Source: Corallochytrium limacisporum Hawaii
Lineage: Eukaryota > Protista > Pluriformea
Direction: 5' to 3'
DNA: 64,000 nt
Assembly (NCBI GenBank): GCA_002811645.1
Contig: PDIP01000022.1
Span: 173,365-237,364 of the forward strand
Both the position numbers and the translations under genes were made by a program. Positions 54,132-64,000 of the stretch are shown here, piece by piece (position 1 is the first letter of the stretch; the number at the start of each line of letters is the position of its first letter). The notes below the pieces were generated by a model. That model saw only the letters and a list, made by a program, of their open reading frames with translations. It made no database searches and was not told the DNA's origin.

Positions 54132-56051
54132 TCAAAAGTCATCATTCCATCCATCTGCACCCTTCGATGATGACTGTGGTACTGCAAAGGCGTTAATGGC
54201 ATGGGTTGTCTGTCCTGGTACCTGTGCCTGGGCACCAGATGGCTGCTGTGGTCCCGACCGCTCTGTTGATGGCAAAGCAGACTGCGTTGCTGTCGGAGGT
54301 CCCGTGGAAGCTGCCACAGGCCCTGATTGCGGCACCGACGGGGCCGATTTGATGGGCTGCGGCATGTATGGGGCCAACGCAGCCGTGATCTCAGACTTAT
54401 TCCAACGGAGAATGGCTCGTGGTCGGACACTGTCATCCTCGTTGCCAGGACTAAAGATTGCGGACAACATAGAGCAAACGTACGGCACGAAATAGACACA
54501 AATGATACGGCAAAAGTTACGGAATGCTGTCCTCTCGCTTTCGCTTAAGGTGTGGGATCGCATTCGGTATGATCGGTGAATGCCCTCACAGATTTTCCTG
54601 AGGGTTTCTGACATGTACTTGTTGAAGTAAGACGCTGTTGTGATCAGGGCAAATGTACGCAATTCGTTGAGCACTGACACCAGAGCATTACTCAATTTTG
54701 CAATGACCTTGTATCGCCGTAGTTCGATAGGAGGTACCAACGTTTTGCTCACAGTGATAGAAAGATCACTCGAAGCTTTATCATCGCCAATGTATGATGA
54801 CATGTCCTGGCTGAATGACACTGAATCGAGTGCCCGCAGAAAATCGCCCTTGGCCTGATCAACCTGCATCGTAACCAACTCCTTTATCCGATTCTCAAAG
54901 GGCAGTGGTGCTTCGACGCTGAAGTCTGCACCAATCTTCTGCAGGCTCTCGGCAGCATGAATCATCTGTACATATATCGCAGACAAGGATGTGCCGTCAT
55001 GGACGCCTTTGAGGTGCCGCTGGAGGTGATCGAGTAATTTGTCGACATAAAAAGCAATCCAGTCCGCAAGCAGGTAGTTACCAGCGTCTTCATTGAGTGC
55101 ATCTTTGGCCCCTGTGGCTGTTGTAGATTCATTCATTTGTCCACTTTCGCCAAACAGCGCCTGATACTGCGATACTACAGCATAGACTTGCTGGCGCCAT
55201 GTGTCGACAACGTGGATGAAGGCACTGTGATTATCCAGTGACCCACCGTGCATGGAATCTCCCTTGGAAATTGCAAGACTGAGCTGTTGATCCAAGTGCT
55301 GAGATCTCATCTTCAAAAAACTGCGGCGAAGCTCCGAGTCGCTCATCATATCAAGACGATGTAAGTGTCCAAGGATTCTAAAGCACTGCGGCAATTTGGT
55401 CTCTGTTTTCAGTGCCGACAACAGCTGGCTCTGCAGTGCCTTTGCATGTGAATTGCACTCTCGTACAATGGTCTCGATAACAGCAATGCCCGGTAGCTTC
55501 GCACTCAGCTCCTGAGCATAACTAATAATGGTTAAAGCCTCTTCATGATGGCCACTGTGAACACATGTGCCTAACAGCTGCGGAATCTCAAGGATTTCCG
55601 TCACTTTTTGATTTTGCCGTAGGCCATATCCGATCATATCATGCTGTTCACTAGCTGCTCGTAACGAGCGGTCCAAAACTTTGCTCTGATCGATAGCACC
55701 TGGAACAGCCTCAAGAAGGTCGCTGGCCCTGTCGTCAATGCGCCCGAATTCTTTTCCGAGTTCGTTAGACGCAGTTGCAGCCTGGATGAAAACTTTGTAG
55801 TTTTTGAATGCAAGTTCTTGGGTCTCCGCCAAACACCGTTGTCTCTCTTGCTCCAACCTCCTGGGCTCGTTACGAAGTTGTCGAAGAGGCAGCTTCATAA
55901 GCGACTCTGCATACTCTTGCACACCTTCCTTTTCCAGCACAGTCTCATATTTGCCAAGAGGATCATTCTCAGAGTTAAAAAGTAAAGCCAGCAGCTCACC
56001 TCCGTCGATCTTACTATCGGCCGCAAGGGCATCTGTCGTTGAAGCTACCAT
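54132..56051 (-). CDS. COG8: Conserved oligomeric Golgi subunit 8 (Dor1)
   Basis: LRNEP..L, QELAF.NYK.FI, EILEIPQL...CV..G..EEAL, LPQC.RI.G.L.RL. Confidence 0.9.
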   Translation of the reverse strand: MVASTTDALAADSKIDGGELLALLFNSENDPLGKYETVLEKEGVQEYAESLMKLPLRQLRNEPRRLEQERQRCLAETQELAFKNYKVFIQAATASNELGKEFGRIDDRASDLLEAVPGAIDQSKVLDRSLRAASEQHDMIGYGLRQNQKVTEILEIPQLLGTCVHSGHHEEALTIISYAQELSAKLPGIAVIETIVRECNSHAKALQSQLLSALKTETKLPQCFRILGHLHRLDMMSDSELRRSFLKMRSQHLDQQLSLAISKGDSMHGGSLDNHSAFIHVVDTWRQQVYAVVSQYQALFGESGQMNESTTATGAKDALNEDAGNYLLADWIAFYVDKLLDHLQRHLKGVHDGTSLSAIYVQMIHAAESLQKIGADFSVEAPLPFENRIKELVTMQVDQAKGDFLRALDSVSFSQDMSSYIGDDKASSDLSITVSKTLVPPIELRRYKVIAKLSNALVSVLNELRTFALITTASYFNKYMSETLRKICEGIHRSYRMRSHTLSESERTAFRNFCRIICVYFVPYVCSMLSAIFSPGNEDDSVRPRAILRWNKSEITAALAPYMPQPIKSAPSVPQSGPVAASTGPPTATQSALPSTERSGPQQPSGAQAQVPGQTTHAINAFAVPQSSSKGADGWNDDF

Positions 56052-56550
56052 CGCGTATCTGATTGCGTCTGCCACTTTCGGTGGCCGTATTCTCCTCTTA
56101 ACGCACCATCGCTTTTCCTAGACGCCCTACGTGTGGCAAACCTTTAGGTCTGATCAGCAACTGATCTGTTACGCTTGCTTTCGAATTGGACATTGAGGCA
56201 GCCACGTAGTAAATATCTTTTCACTGTCAAAAATACCAATAAAGCGTGCTCGGTGTTCCAGCTCAATTCGCTCAGGTCCCCTTCCGTTTGGACTGGGAAG
56301 GGGCAAAAGTCAAAACAGCCAGTTGGGGAGGGCAAATTGGCGGACAGCAGGGGTACTCGCCGCTGGCTCTCGGTTTTTTTGAATATTTCAAATGATTCGG
56401 GACCCACTTGCCGCAGTTTCATGGCCAGCCACGACCACTGGTAATCGGCCGATAGCAACATCAGTCTTCCTTGACGGGGTGCTTTAACCATACCATTGTG
56501 AATATATTAGTATAGTGGGATTATGGAGATTCAGCAGTTAGTGCGCAAGT

Positions 56551-57405
56551 CTAGCAGAACTTCCAGCTATTCTGGCAATTGTTGCAAGTCACGAACGTTG
56601 TCATAGGTTCATCAGCACTGCGTGTCTGCATCTGGAAGTAGGTTGTGTCACGGTGCTTGCACTTTCCACACTGAAATTGCTTGGTACGGGTACCGGATGG
56701 CTTGGCTGTTTGTGCCATGCGAACCGCTTCTTCTTTGAGAAAATCGAGCTTCTCTTTCATGTCCTTGGTAGCAAGCTCTTCCTGTGTCATGCCAGCCAGT
56801 TGTTCCGGCATCAGTTCGGACTTCATGACCGCCTCACGGAGCTCGGCATTGCGCTTGAGATTGAGATACTTCTCACGGACCTGAGTCTTGTACTTCTCCG
56901 ATGCTGTTCCCCCGTTCTTGTCAAATATCGCCTGCTCGCAGGCGATGGCCAATTCTTCGTTACCTTCGAAGAGCTGGAGCAGAAGCTTGCGTGATCCATC
57001 ACGGGTAGAGTCGCCAGTGTATCCATCCTTGCTCAATACTTTCTTTGGCGCAGGCGCTGCACCTGGAGTACCATTGGAGCTGCCATTCTTAGGCGTTGAC
57101 TTCTCCACCTTGCCATTAGCGGCCTTGGCGGAGGCTTTCTGGTCGCTGGGTGTAGCAGGGCTAGGAACCAGCTTTTTCCACTTTGAGATAAGTGCTTTAC
57201 CCTTTGCAGCAACCTTTGGATCGTCCACAGCCTTGCGTGCGGTATTGACTGAGCGCCCAACACGCGTCTTTTCGATAATAGAGAATGTGATTTTGTGTTC
57301 CTCCAACTGTCCAAAGAGTTCATTGACACGGGTCGAGTCCGGCTTACCAGCAGCCAACTTGTCGAGTTCCTTTGCAATCTTTCCAACGTCTTCCATATTC
57401 GACAT
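56551..57405 (-). CDS. TCEA1: Transcription elongation factor TFIIS
   Basis: N-terminal domain (TRVG..VN...WKK), central domain, zinc ribbon QMQTRSADEPMTTFVTC. Confidence 0.96.
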   Translation of the reverse strand: MSNMEDVGKIAKELDKLAAGKPDSTRVNELFGQLEEHKITFSIIEKTRVGRSVNTARKAVDDPKVAAKGKALISKWKKLVPSPATPSDQKASAKAANGKVEKSTPKNGSSNGTPGAAPAPKKVLSKDGYTGDSTRDGSRKLLLQLFEGNEELAIACEQAIFDKNGGTASEKYKTQVREKYLNLKRNAELREAVMKSELMPEQLAGMTQEELATKDMKEKLDFLKEEAVRMAQTAKPSGTRTKQFQCGKCKHRDTTYFQMQTRSADEPMTTFVTCNNCQNSWKFC

Positions 57406-58100
57406 ACTTGCTCTTTGTATTTCTTGCTTAGGGGTCTAACCCTGCGTCCCAATTCTAGTGCATTCCCTTAACCCTCGCGGTGGCGTTCCTTTTGGTGGAT
57501 CTCAACAGTCTCGCGTGTTCACTCCCGCGCCAATCATGGTAAAATAAACGACTTTTGATCAGTTAATGAAATAGGTGATCAAACCAAATAACGGTTTGCT
57601 TCATTCACAAAAGAACGTCTGTCCGTTTACCTTTGTTCGCCAGTCCAACACCCGAACACGTTCAACAAATTCCCTGTGGGGGGAGGACTGGGAGCTGTGC
57701 AGTAGGCGCGCTACACAGCGAGAAACGATCGGGAACACTCACGACGAGTAGGAGAGGCCGCATATGAAAGACCGTGCCCGACCAGTCTTGCGGCTGACTT
57801 TCAGAGAAATGAAGGGATGGGGAGGGGGGGGCAGTGTTATTGTTCTCGGGCAATGTGGTGTGTGCCGCAACAACTCAAAGCTCGCGTCTGCCAGTTTCGT
57901 AGGTCTTTCCTGGTATGAATGGGTGCGGATGTGATATCTTTGGACACCCACATATTTTTTATCACTTTCTAGTTCGTAAGTTCATGGCCCAGGATTATTA
58001 ATACTGTGAAATAGGTAGAGACGAGGAGGGCGATCATGTTGTAGAGTGCAACTCACCCCGTTCGTAAAGTACAGACAGATACGGATTCAACACGAGAGAC

Positions 58101-58634
58101 ATGGGAGACTTTGAATGGCCTCAATTCTACGGATTTCCACCCTTTTTTACGCTTCAGCCGAACCATGTGACAAGGGAAAAACAAATTGAGCTCTGGTGCG
58201 ACCTTGTCCTCAGCTATTGCCGTCACCATGGCATCTTCAAGGTCAATGTTGCTGACCTGGCCGCCAAGGATCTGTTCCATAACAAAGCAAAGAATCGTAA
58301 ATTGAAAGAGTCTGATGTTCGGATCGTCTTGGACGAGCTAAAACGACGGGGCAACTTGGAATGGCTTGATAGGAACAAAACACAGTGTCAGATCATTTGG
58401 AAGTCAACAGATCAATGGGCCGCACTAATTTACAGTTGGGCGGAGAAAACTGGTCAGATCAATTCTGTTTGCACTGTATTTGAGATCCATAGCGGTGAAG
58501 CTAGTGAAGCTGAAGAATTTCACGGTCTTGATCAAGAGACAATGATGAAAGCTTTGGATGCTTTGGAAAAGCAAGGGAAAGCTGCCATCTTCACTGGCAA
58601 CAACGAAGAAAACACCGGTGTCAAGTTTTTCTGA
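58101..58634 (+). CDS. VPS25: ESCRT-II subunit Vps25
   Basis: FEWP..Y.FPPFFTLQPN..TR.KQ...W; C-terminal GVKFF. Confidence 0.96.
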   Translation: MGDFEWPQFYGFPPFFTLQPNHVTREKQIELWCDLVLSYCRHHGIFKVNVADLAAKDLFHNKAKNRKLKESDVRIVLDELKRRGNLEWLDRNKTQCQIIWKSTDQWAALIYSWAEKTGQINSVCTVFEIHSGEASEAEEFHGLDQETMMKALDALEKQGKAAIFTGNNEENTGVKFF

Positions 58635-58728
58635 ACGTTCTGTAGACCTGTTAGTTTCAAAGTGACTTAAAAGTCAACGCCGTATAGTTCTTAGCCTATA
58701 ACGGCTTGCCTGTGAATAATCTATTGTT

Positions 58729-59814
58729 TTATACCACTACATTCTCCATAAACTCCACTAGTCTCTTGGCATATGATCCCGGGTCAACAGAACTAATACC
58801 GGCCCCATCACCATATCTGATACTCTTGCCTGCGTGAGCGGCATGTTTACGCACTCCATAGTGTGTGTACACGTCTACAATACCCATGAAATAGATCTCG
58901 CGTTTGTCGACAGGGAGTGAATGAACTGCGTAGATATCAATGTCCTCCTCGATCTCCGGTTCCTCCTTTTGATCGTACTCCACCACGCCCACCATGATAG
59001 AATAGTCCATGATGTTCAGTTTCTGCATGATGGTAACATCCTCCTTGAGAATATCCAGGAAGACATCCCGTCGTTCCTCACCGAGGAAGATACGACTTCC
59101 CATTTGTACGAAATCCTTGTCCTTGAATCGAGGTACAGGCTTCTCTTTGTCCTTTTTGTCTGCTTCTCGGCCAACTGTTGAACCCTTAAGGAAAAATATC
59201 TTCGAAAATTGCATGATACCGCTGCAAACGTTGCGGTGGATCATGATGTGGAACTCCTTGCTGTCAATGTGCAATCGGTACGCCCCCAGGATTGCAGGCA
59301 GCAGAGTTCTTCCCTCGCACTGTACCACGTGATCATGGTATGGCTGAATGATCTCTAGGAATGCAGAGAAATCGTCCTTGTCTACAATATTGACACAAAA
59401 CCTGCGATCGAAAGTGATATATGCAGGAGCAGATGTCCAATAACTTTCTTCCCGAGTGGGATCCCCTTCCGTCAGGGACTCAATTACCTCTGTTGCTTCT
59501 ACGTCATATTTCTCTCGAAGCACATGGAACACCAAAGGTGCGTACTCCTTGAAGACAAAATTTGACGGCAACGCTTGTGGGTTGTAGTTCTTTGTTTCCG
59601 AAGTGGTTTTACGATGCGCATTAAAGTCTTCCTTTAAGAGAAGCCTGGTATTCATATTTCTACTCGCAAGCACCATAGATGTCTCTACACCCCAACACAA
59701 TGCCTGCCACAAAGGATCTCCTTCTGGAGGGAGAATCTTTTGCTTCTGCTTGACTGTCTTGAAACGATCCTTACGACTGCGGACATTCCGCTTTTTTTCG
59801 TGTTTATCAGACAT
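58729..59814 (-). CDS. PIP4K2: Type II phosphatidylinositol-5-phosphate 4-kinase homolog (possibly catalytically impaired)
   Basis: FKEYAPLVF..LR, LKGSTV.REA, MDYS, type-II activation loop AAHAGKSIRYGDGAGISSVDP..YAKR. Confidence 0.85.
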   Translation of the reverse strand: MSDKHEKKRNVRSRKDRFKTVKQKQKILPPEGDPLWQALCWGVETSMVLASRNMNTRLLLKEDFNAHRKTTSETKNYNPQALPSNFVFKEYAPLVFHVLREKYDVEATEVIESLTEGDPTREESYWTSAPAYITFDRRFCVNIVDKDDFSAFLEIIQPYHDHVVQCEGRTLLPAILGAYRLHIDSKEFHIMIHRNVCSGIMQFSKIFFLKGSTVGREADKKDKEKPVPRFKDKDFVQMGSRIFLGEERRDVFLDILKEDVTIMQKLNIMDYSIMVGVVEYDQKEEPEIEEDIDIYAVHSLPVDKREIYFMGIVDVYTHYGVRKHAAHAGKSIRYGDGAGISSVDPGSYAKRLVEFMENVVV

Positions 59815-60486
59815 GACTGCTACGTCCACCGTTCAAATCCAACAGATGTTTCGAACTCCTACCATTACATCGTTGACTGAAGTCTATTAATGGCTCGTAT
59901 TACTTGTTATACCGCGGCGATTTAGAGGAAAGGGAACAGAGTGAGTGCGGATAGCAAAAACGCGACCCTGAACTACCTTAGGAACCCGAGAATTGTGGGT
60001 CCGAACCCACCCGCGATCCCATCGCCGGTAAAAAAATCAAAACAACCCCGCGCAAAGCGGAAGGTGGGAAGGAAAGTTTGAAAACGGGACTCCCAAATTG
60101 AAATAAATAGGCCCCCAACACATACCGTGTGTTGGGTGCGACTCTTAAAGTCACCAGCAGAAATTCTGAACCGTGCAGCTCCACTCCCCCGGTGCGTGCC
60201 CTCCCCTCAATGAGACCTCCCGTGTGAGGGAATGCGAACCGTTATCGGGACCAGTTGGCTCCGCGAAGTTTTGGTTCTGCAAACAGGCTGTCAAATGTTC
60301 GAAGAAAAGAGGATAGCAGACTGCCAGAACTTATGGTACTTGATACAGGATTTTGCATGACCTTAAATTGATGAATCAGGGGCTTGAAAATGTGTAGTAG
60401 CTACCGGACGATAATGTTTGGCATGGAAATTTGGAAACCATGGCATTGACCTCTCAGACGTAAGACACATATAGCATACAAGAAAC

Positions 60487-61575
60487 ATGGACAGCACAAG
60501 CGAAGTCACCATCGACACCCTTATTTTCGGGTTAAAGTTCAGAAAGATCACTTCCCCTCATGACATTGCCAAGGCCACGGTCATTGCTCTGAGACATTTC
60601 ATTTCTACCGCGCGGTGGAACACTGCCAAGGAATTGATCACATTAGTACGCGCAGAAGGGCGGCGCCTGTACAGCGCACGCAGTAGCGAAAATGTCCCGG
60701 GAAACATGGTGCGTCGCATCCTGTTTATTATCAAGTCAGAGTACATTCAGCTGCAGCAGGATGAAGGAAAAGACATCTCGACAAATACCCAGGCCCTGCA
60801 GAATGTTGATGGATTGTATACCCTAGCAGATGAGGGAATGCTGAAGTATGACAAATTATATCATCAGCTCAAACCTCGCATTATGGATGCTATCAATGAG
60901 GAATTGTTGGCAGAATTGGAGGGTGCGATCAGTGACATTAGTGGCCAGGCACTGGAACACGTATACAGCAACGAGGTCATCATGACTCTGGGCTACTCTC
61001 GAACTGTTGAGCACTTCCTGCTGCAGAGCGCACGGAAACGTAAGATTCAGGTCATTGTGAGCGAAGCGGGCCCAAGTTGTCGAGGGCATGAGCTTGCAAA
61101 GGCTTTGAGCAGCCACGGAGTAGATGTCACAGTTGTCGCCGATGCTGCTGTATTTGCTTTGATGAGCCGTGTCAATAAGGTAATATTGGGCACACAGGCT
61201 GTGCTGGCGGACGGAGGCCTGATGGCCATCAATGGAAGTCACGCTCTGGCAATGGCGGCCCGGCTGCACAATGTCCCGGTTTTCGTTTTGGCAGCGATGT
61301 TCAAGCTGGCACCCGAGTACCCGTGCTCGTACGATCAGGATACCTTTAACAATTTGGTGAACCCTTCGAAGGTATACCCTTTCAGTTCCGCCACTGGAAA
61401 TCTTATTGACGCCCAGATCAATCGTCCTACCTTCGACTATGTGCCTCCAGAGCTCATCACGCTATTTATTACCAACATGGGAGGTCATCCTCCGTCGTAC
61501 ATCTACCGCATACTGCGTGAAGTCTATCGTCCCGAGGACTTTGACCTCCTCGGTGATGAACAAATGGAAGAATAA
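60487..61575 (+). CDS. EIF2B2: Translation initiation factor eIF2B beta subunit
   Basis: GNMVRRIL..I..EY, QALEHV.SNEVIMT.G.SRTVE.FL, FA.MSRVNKVI, PPSYIYR. Confidence 0.94.
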   Translation: MDSTSEVTIDTLIFGLKFRKITSPHDIAKATVIALRHFISTARWNTAKELITLVRAEGRRLYSARSSENVPGNMVRRILFIIKSEYIQLQQDEGKDISTNTQALQNVDGLYTLADEGMLKYDKLYHQLKPRIMDAINEELLAELEGAISDISGQALEHVYSNEVIMTLGYSRTVEHFLLQSARKRKIQVIVSEAGPSCRGHELAKALSSHGVDVTVVADAAVFALMSRVNKVILGTQAVLADGGLMAINGSHALAMAARLHNVPVFVLAAMFKLAPEYPCSYDQDTFNNLVNPSKVYPFSSATGNLIDAQINRPTFDYVPPELITLFITNMGGHPPSYIYRILREVYRPEDFDLLGDEQMEE

Positions 61576-61758
61576 AGTCACAAAGAAATGATGTTGTTTT
61601 GCATGTAGCAAGAGCATGCTAGTTTAGAAATGTGTTCTTCGTTAACTATGTTCTACAAAGTGATCGACATAAGATGATGATGATCATGGCTGATATGATG
61701 CGAGAAATGATAACTCCACAACAATGGACAGGGAAACTCATCTCGAGTTCGCTTTGAA

Positions 61759-63513
61759 TTACTCCAGTTCATCCAAGCTCATCCCATTACCGTGGGCGAG
61801 TGGTGTGTGGGTGTAGCTATGAGAGCTGCCGTTGCTGATCCTGTGCTCGGGCTCTCTAGTAGCAATCGGGGATTGCACAGTATTTTTCATCAGCGCTGCG
61901 TCTTCGTCAGAAGAAACAGCGCCCTCCTCATGCACGGTAGAAAGATCGAAGCCATCTTCGTTGTTGGGCTTGACGCTTCCACTCATTGGCCTGAAGAGCA
62001 GGTACCCAAGGGCAATGAAATAGACGATGCCAAGGACGCATCCAAAACCACCTGCGAAGATTTTGTACACTGTACTATTCCCCTCTCCAAACACGGTCGC
62101 ATAGATTAGGTACACGTTGGCCATGATGACAACGCTGCTCAAAATACTGCAGGTGATGATCATTCGGTAGGAATTGACAAACCGTCCCATAATTTCTGGG
62201 TCCGACGTGAAACGAAGAAGGGGAACTAACGCAAATGGAAGTTGGAAACTTAGTATGACTGAGGAGACAACAATTAGGAGGTTGGCACCGCGATCTCCAG
62301 CCAGCAAACAAATCAGAAGTGACGGACCAATGGCAACCGTCCGAGTCAAAATGTTTCGCTTCCATGCAGCAATTTTGATCTTCAGAAATCCATCCATGAC
62401 AAACTGACCCGCAAAAGTGCCGGTAATCGTGCTGCTTTGTCCACTGGCAAGTAGAGCAATGGCAAAAAGGACACTTGCAGCGTGTCCCAAAGAGTGACCA
62501 AGCAGGTCTGACGCCTGTTCGAACCCGATGGAGTCAATGTCTTTGACAATACTCCAATTGTTCTCTTTCGATGGGAAAAAGACCGATGCTGCGCTAATAA
62601 TGACTGCCACGTTAATAATGAAGCTGACCACTAAACCGATAGCACATTCTACCGCTGTGTAAAAGTTTGCCCATTTAACTTGAATATCGCATCGACGATC
62701 AATATGACGCGTCTGCACCAAAGCACTGTGCAAGTACAGATTATGCGGCATCACTACGGCACCGATAAGGGAAATGGCAATGAAAAGCTGATCGATATGG
62801 ATGACAGGCAGAAATCCTGAAAAGAAGTTACCGCAATAGTTCCCCGGGCAATCTGGAGCACCAGGTTCACACTCAAGCTTCTGATACCATTCCTCGTCAC
62901 TCATGCAGTCCGCATTGAACCAAGTTACTGGAGAAAGGATCGCCTCAACAATAAAGCAAATTCCCATAATTCCAACAAACGCCGTAATCAGAGCCTCCAG
63001 CTTTTGTATACCAAACGCTTGGATTCCAAGGAAGATCATTGTGTTCACACTGGTGACCAGCACTCCAGCCCACAATGGCATGTCAAATAGCATTTTAAGG
63101 GCGAATGCAGAACCAACAACCTCTGGTATATCACTAGCAATGATGGCTAATTCACTAATAATCCATAGCCCGATAGTGGTCCGCGTGCGATGTCCATATT
63201 CTTGCCTACAGCATTCTGCCAAGTGGAGTCCAGTGACTGTACCCAGACGCGCGGCCAAGATCTGAAGAAGTAAGGCAAGCCCACTTGCCATTGCCAGAAC
63301 CCATAACAGAGAATAATTGAATGCAGCTCCCGAAATGATATCGCTCAGGAAGTTACCTGGATCAATATATGCAATGGATACTACAATGCCGGGTCCCAAA
63401 AAATGCGCTAATGTGGTCCAGCTAAATTTATCGTCTGCGATTCCATGAGGCAGTACAGGAGGCGCTGAGGCCTGCTTGACCATTTTCTGGATCTTATTCA
63501 TAATATACTCCAT
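61759..63513 (-). CDS. NRAMP/SLC11 divalent metal transporter (true start may lie upstream, see findings)
   Basis: GPG...SIAYIDPGN, MPHNLYLHS, consensus transport motif GQSSTITGTFAGQFVMDGF. Confidence 0.95.
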   Translation of the reverse strand: MEYIMNKIQKMVKQASAPPVLPHGIADDKFSWTTLAHFLGPGIVVSIAYIDPGNFLSDIISGAAFNYSLLWVLAMASGLALLLQILAARLGTVTGLHLAECCRQEYGHRTRTTIGLWIISELAIIASDIPEVVGSAFALKMLFDMPLWAGVLVTSVNTMIFLGIQAFGIQKLEALITAFVGIMGICFIVEAILSPVTWFNADCMSDEEWYQKLECEPGAPDCPGNYCGNFFSGFLPVIHIDQLFIAISLIGAVVMPHNLYLHSALVQTRHIDRRCDIQVKWANFYTAVECAIGLVVSFIINVAVIISAASVFFPSKENNWSIVKDIDSIGFEQASDLLGHSLGHAASVLFAIALLASGQSSTITGTFAGQFVMDGFLKIKIAAWKRNILTRTVAIGPSLLICLLAGDRGANLLIVVSSVILSFQLPFALVPLLRFTSDPEIMGRFVNSYRMIITCSILSSVVIMANVYLIYATVFGEGNSTVYKIFAGGFGCVLGIVYFIALGYLLFRPMSGSVKPNNEDGFDLSTVHEEGAVSSDEDAALMKNTVQSPIATREPEHRISNGSSHSYTHTPLAHGNGMSLDELE

Positions 63514-64000
63514 TTTGCCTGATTGACGATCCTCCTCGCTATCAGAAGGCCGGCCTTCGTCACCTAACAGAGGTCTTCGATCGTCGTAGTGATGTCTATG
63601 CAGTATGGTGACAATTTTCCTTCTGAAATCTCAGACTAACCGGTTGACTATGACTCTCTCCTCTACTTCGTAATCTACGTGCTTAATCTATTTTACGAAG
63701 CGGCCAGAAGGGTGTTCAAGCTAAACAATAAACGACCCGGAATGAAATTTAATATAAACGGCTCCGTTGTATGGGACTATTTCGTCACCGATTTACATCC
63801 TTGATGTACCTGACAATGGCCTTCCAAAACAGAAACAAGTACTTCTTTTGTGCCACTGCAACCACTTTACTCATCAAACTAATATAATGACTTTGCATTA
63901 GGAATCATCACAATACCCTTGTCCCCGACGCGCAAAACGATGGGCACTACATGTGACGTGCCTATGTGTATATTCTGTTGATATTACTGGCTTGGAACAG

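Noticed and set aside
63845-63865. Iron-responsive element (CAGTGN) upstream of NRAMP
   Set aside because: Flanking bases do not form the required 5-bp upper stem.

Overview
Compact, essentially intronless eukaryotic DNA with about 33 protein-coding genes, mostly in divergent/convergent pairs. Convergent stop codons can be only 11-100 nt apart, and divergent spacers carry GC-rich poly-G/poly-C cores. Gene content mixes animal-type genes (mitoguardin, HAX1-like, ANKRD54, STUM/SPEC3, TRA2, type II PIP kinase, AP-4 sigma, IFT57) with a fungal-type histidinol phosphatase and a bacterial-type HPRT. I infer an intron-poor unicellular holozoan; Corallochytrium is the best guess but is unverified. 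No rRNA, tRNA, CRISPR or recognisable transposon was found. Most notable signals: (1) two stop-to-start gene pairs spaced by only 5 and 14 nt (ASDURF-like -> NUDT18-like; AP-4 sigma -> histidinol phosphatase), suggesting bicistronic mRNAs; (2) an AUG-less in-frame NRAMP N-terminal extension with a His cluster and dileucine sorting motif, a candidate non-AUG start; (3) IFT57 split over two frames; (4) a PIP4K lacking two catalytic residues; (5) a tail-less CENP-T; (6) HIBCH with both a mitochondrial presequence and a PTS1; (7) Prp8 with an altered intein-site residue and an extended C-tail, plus possible 5'-UTR introns. All homology calls come from recalled family motifs, not database searches.
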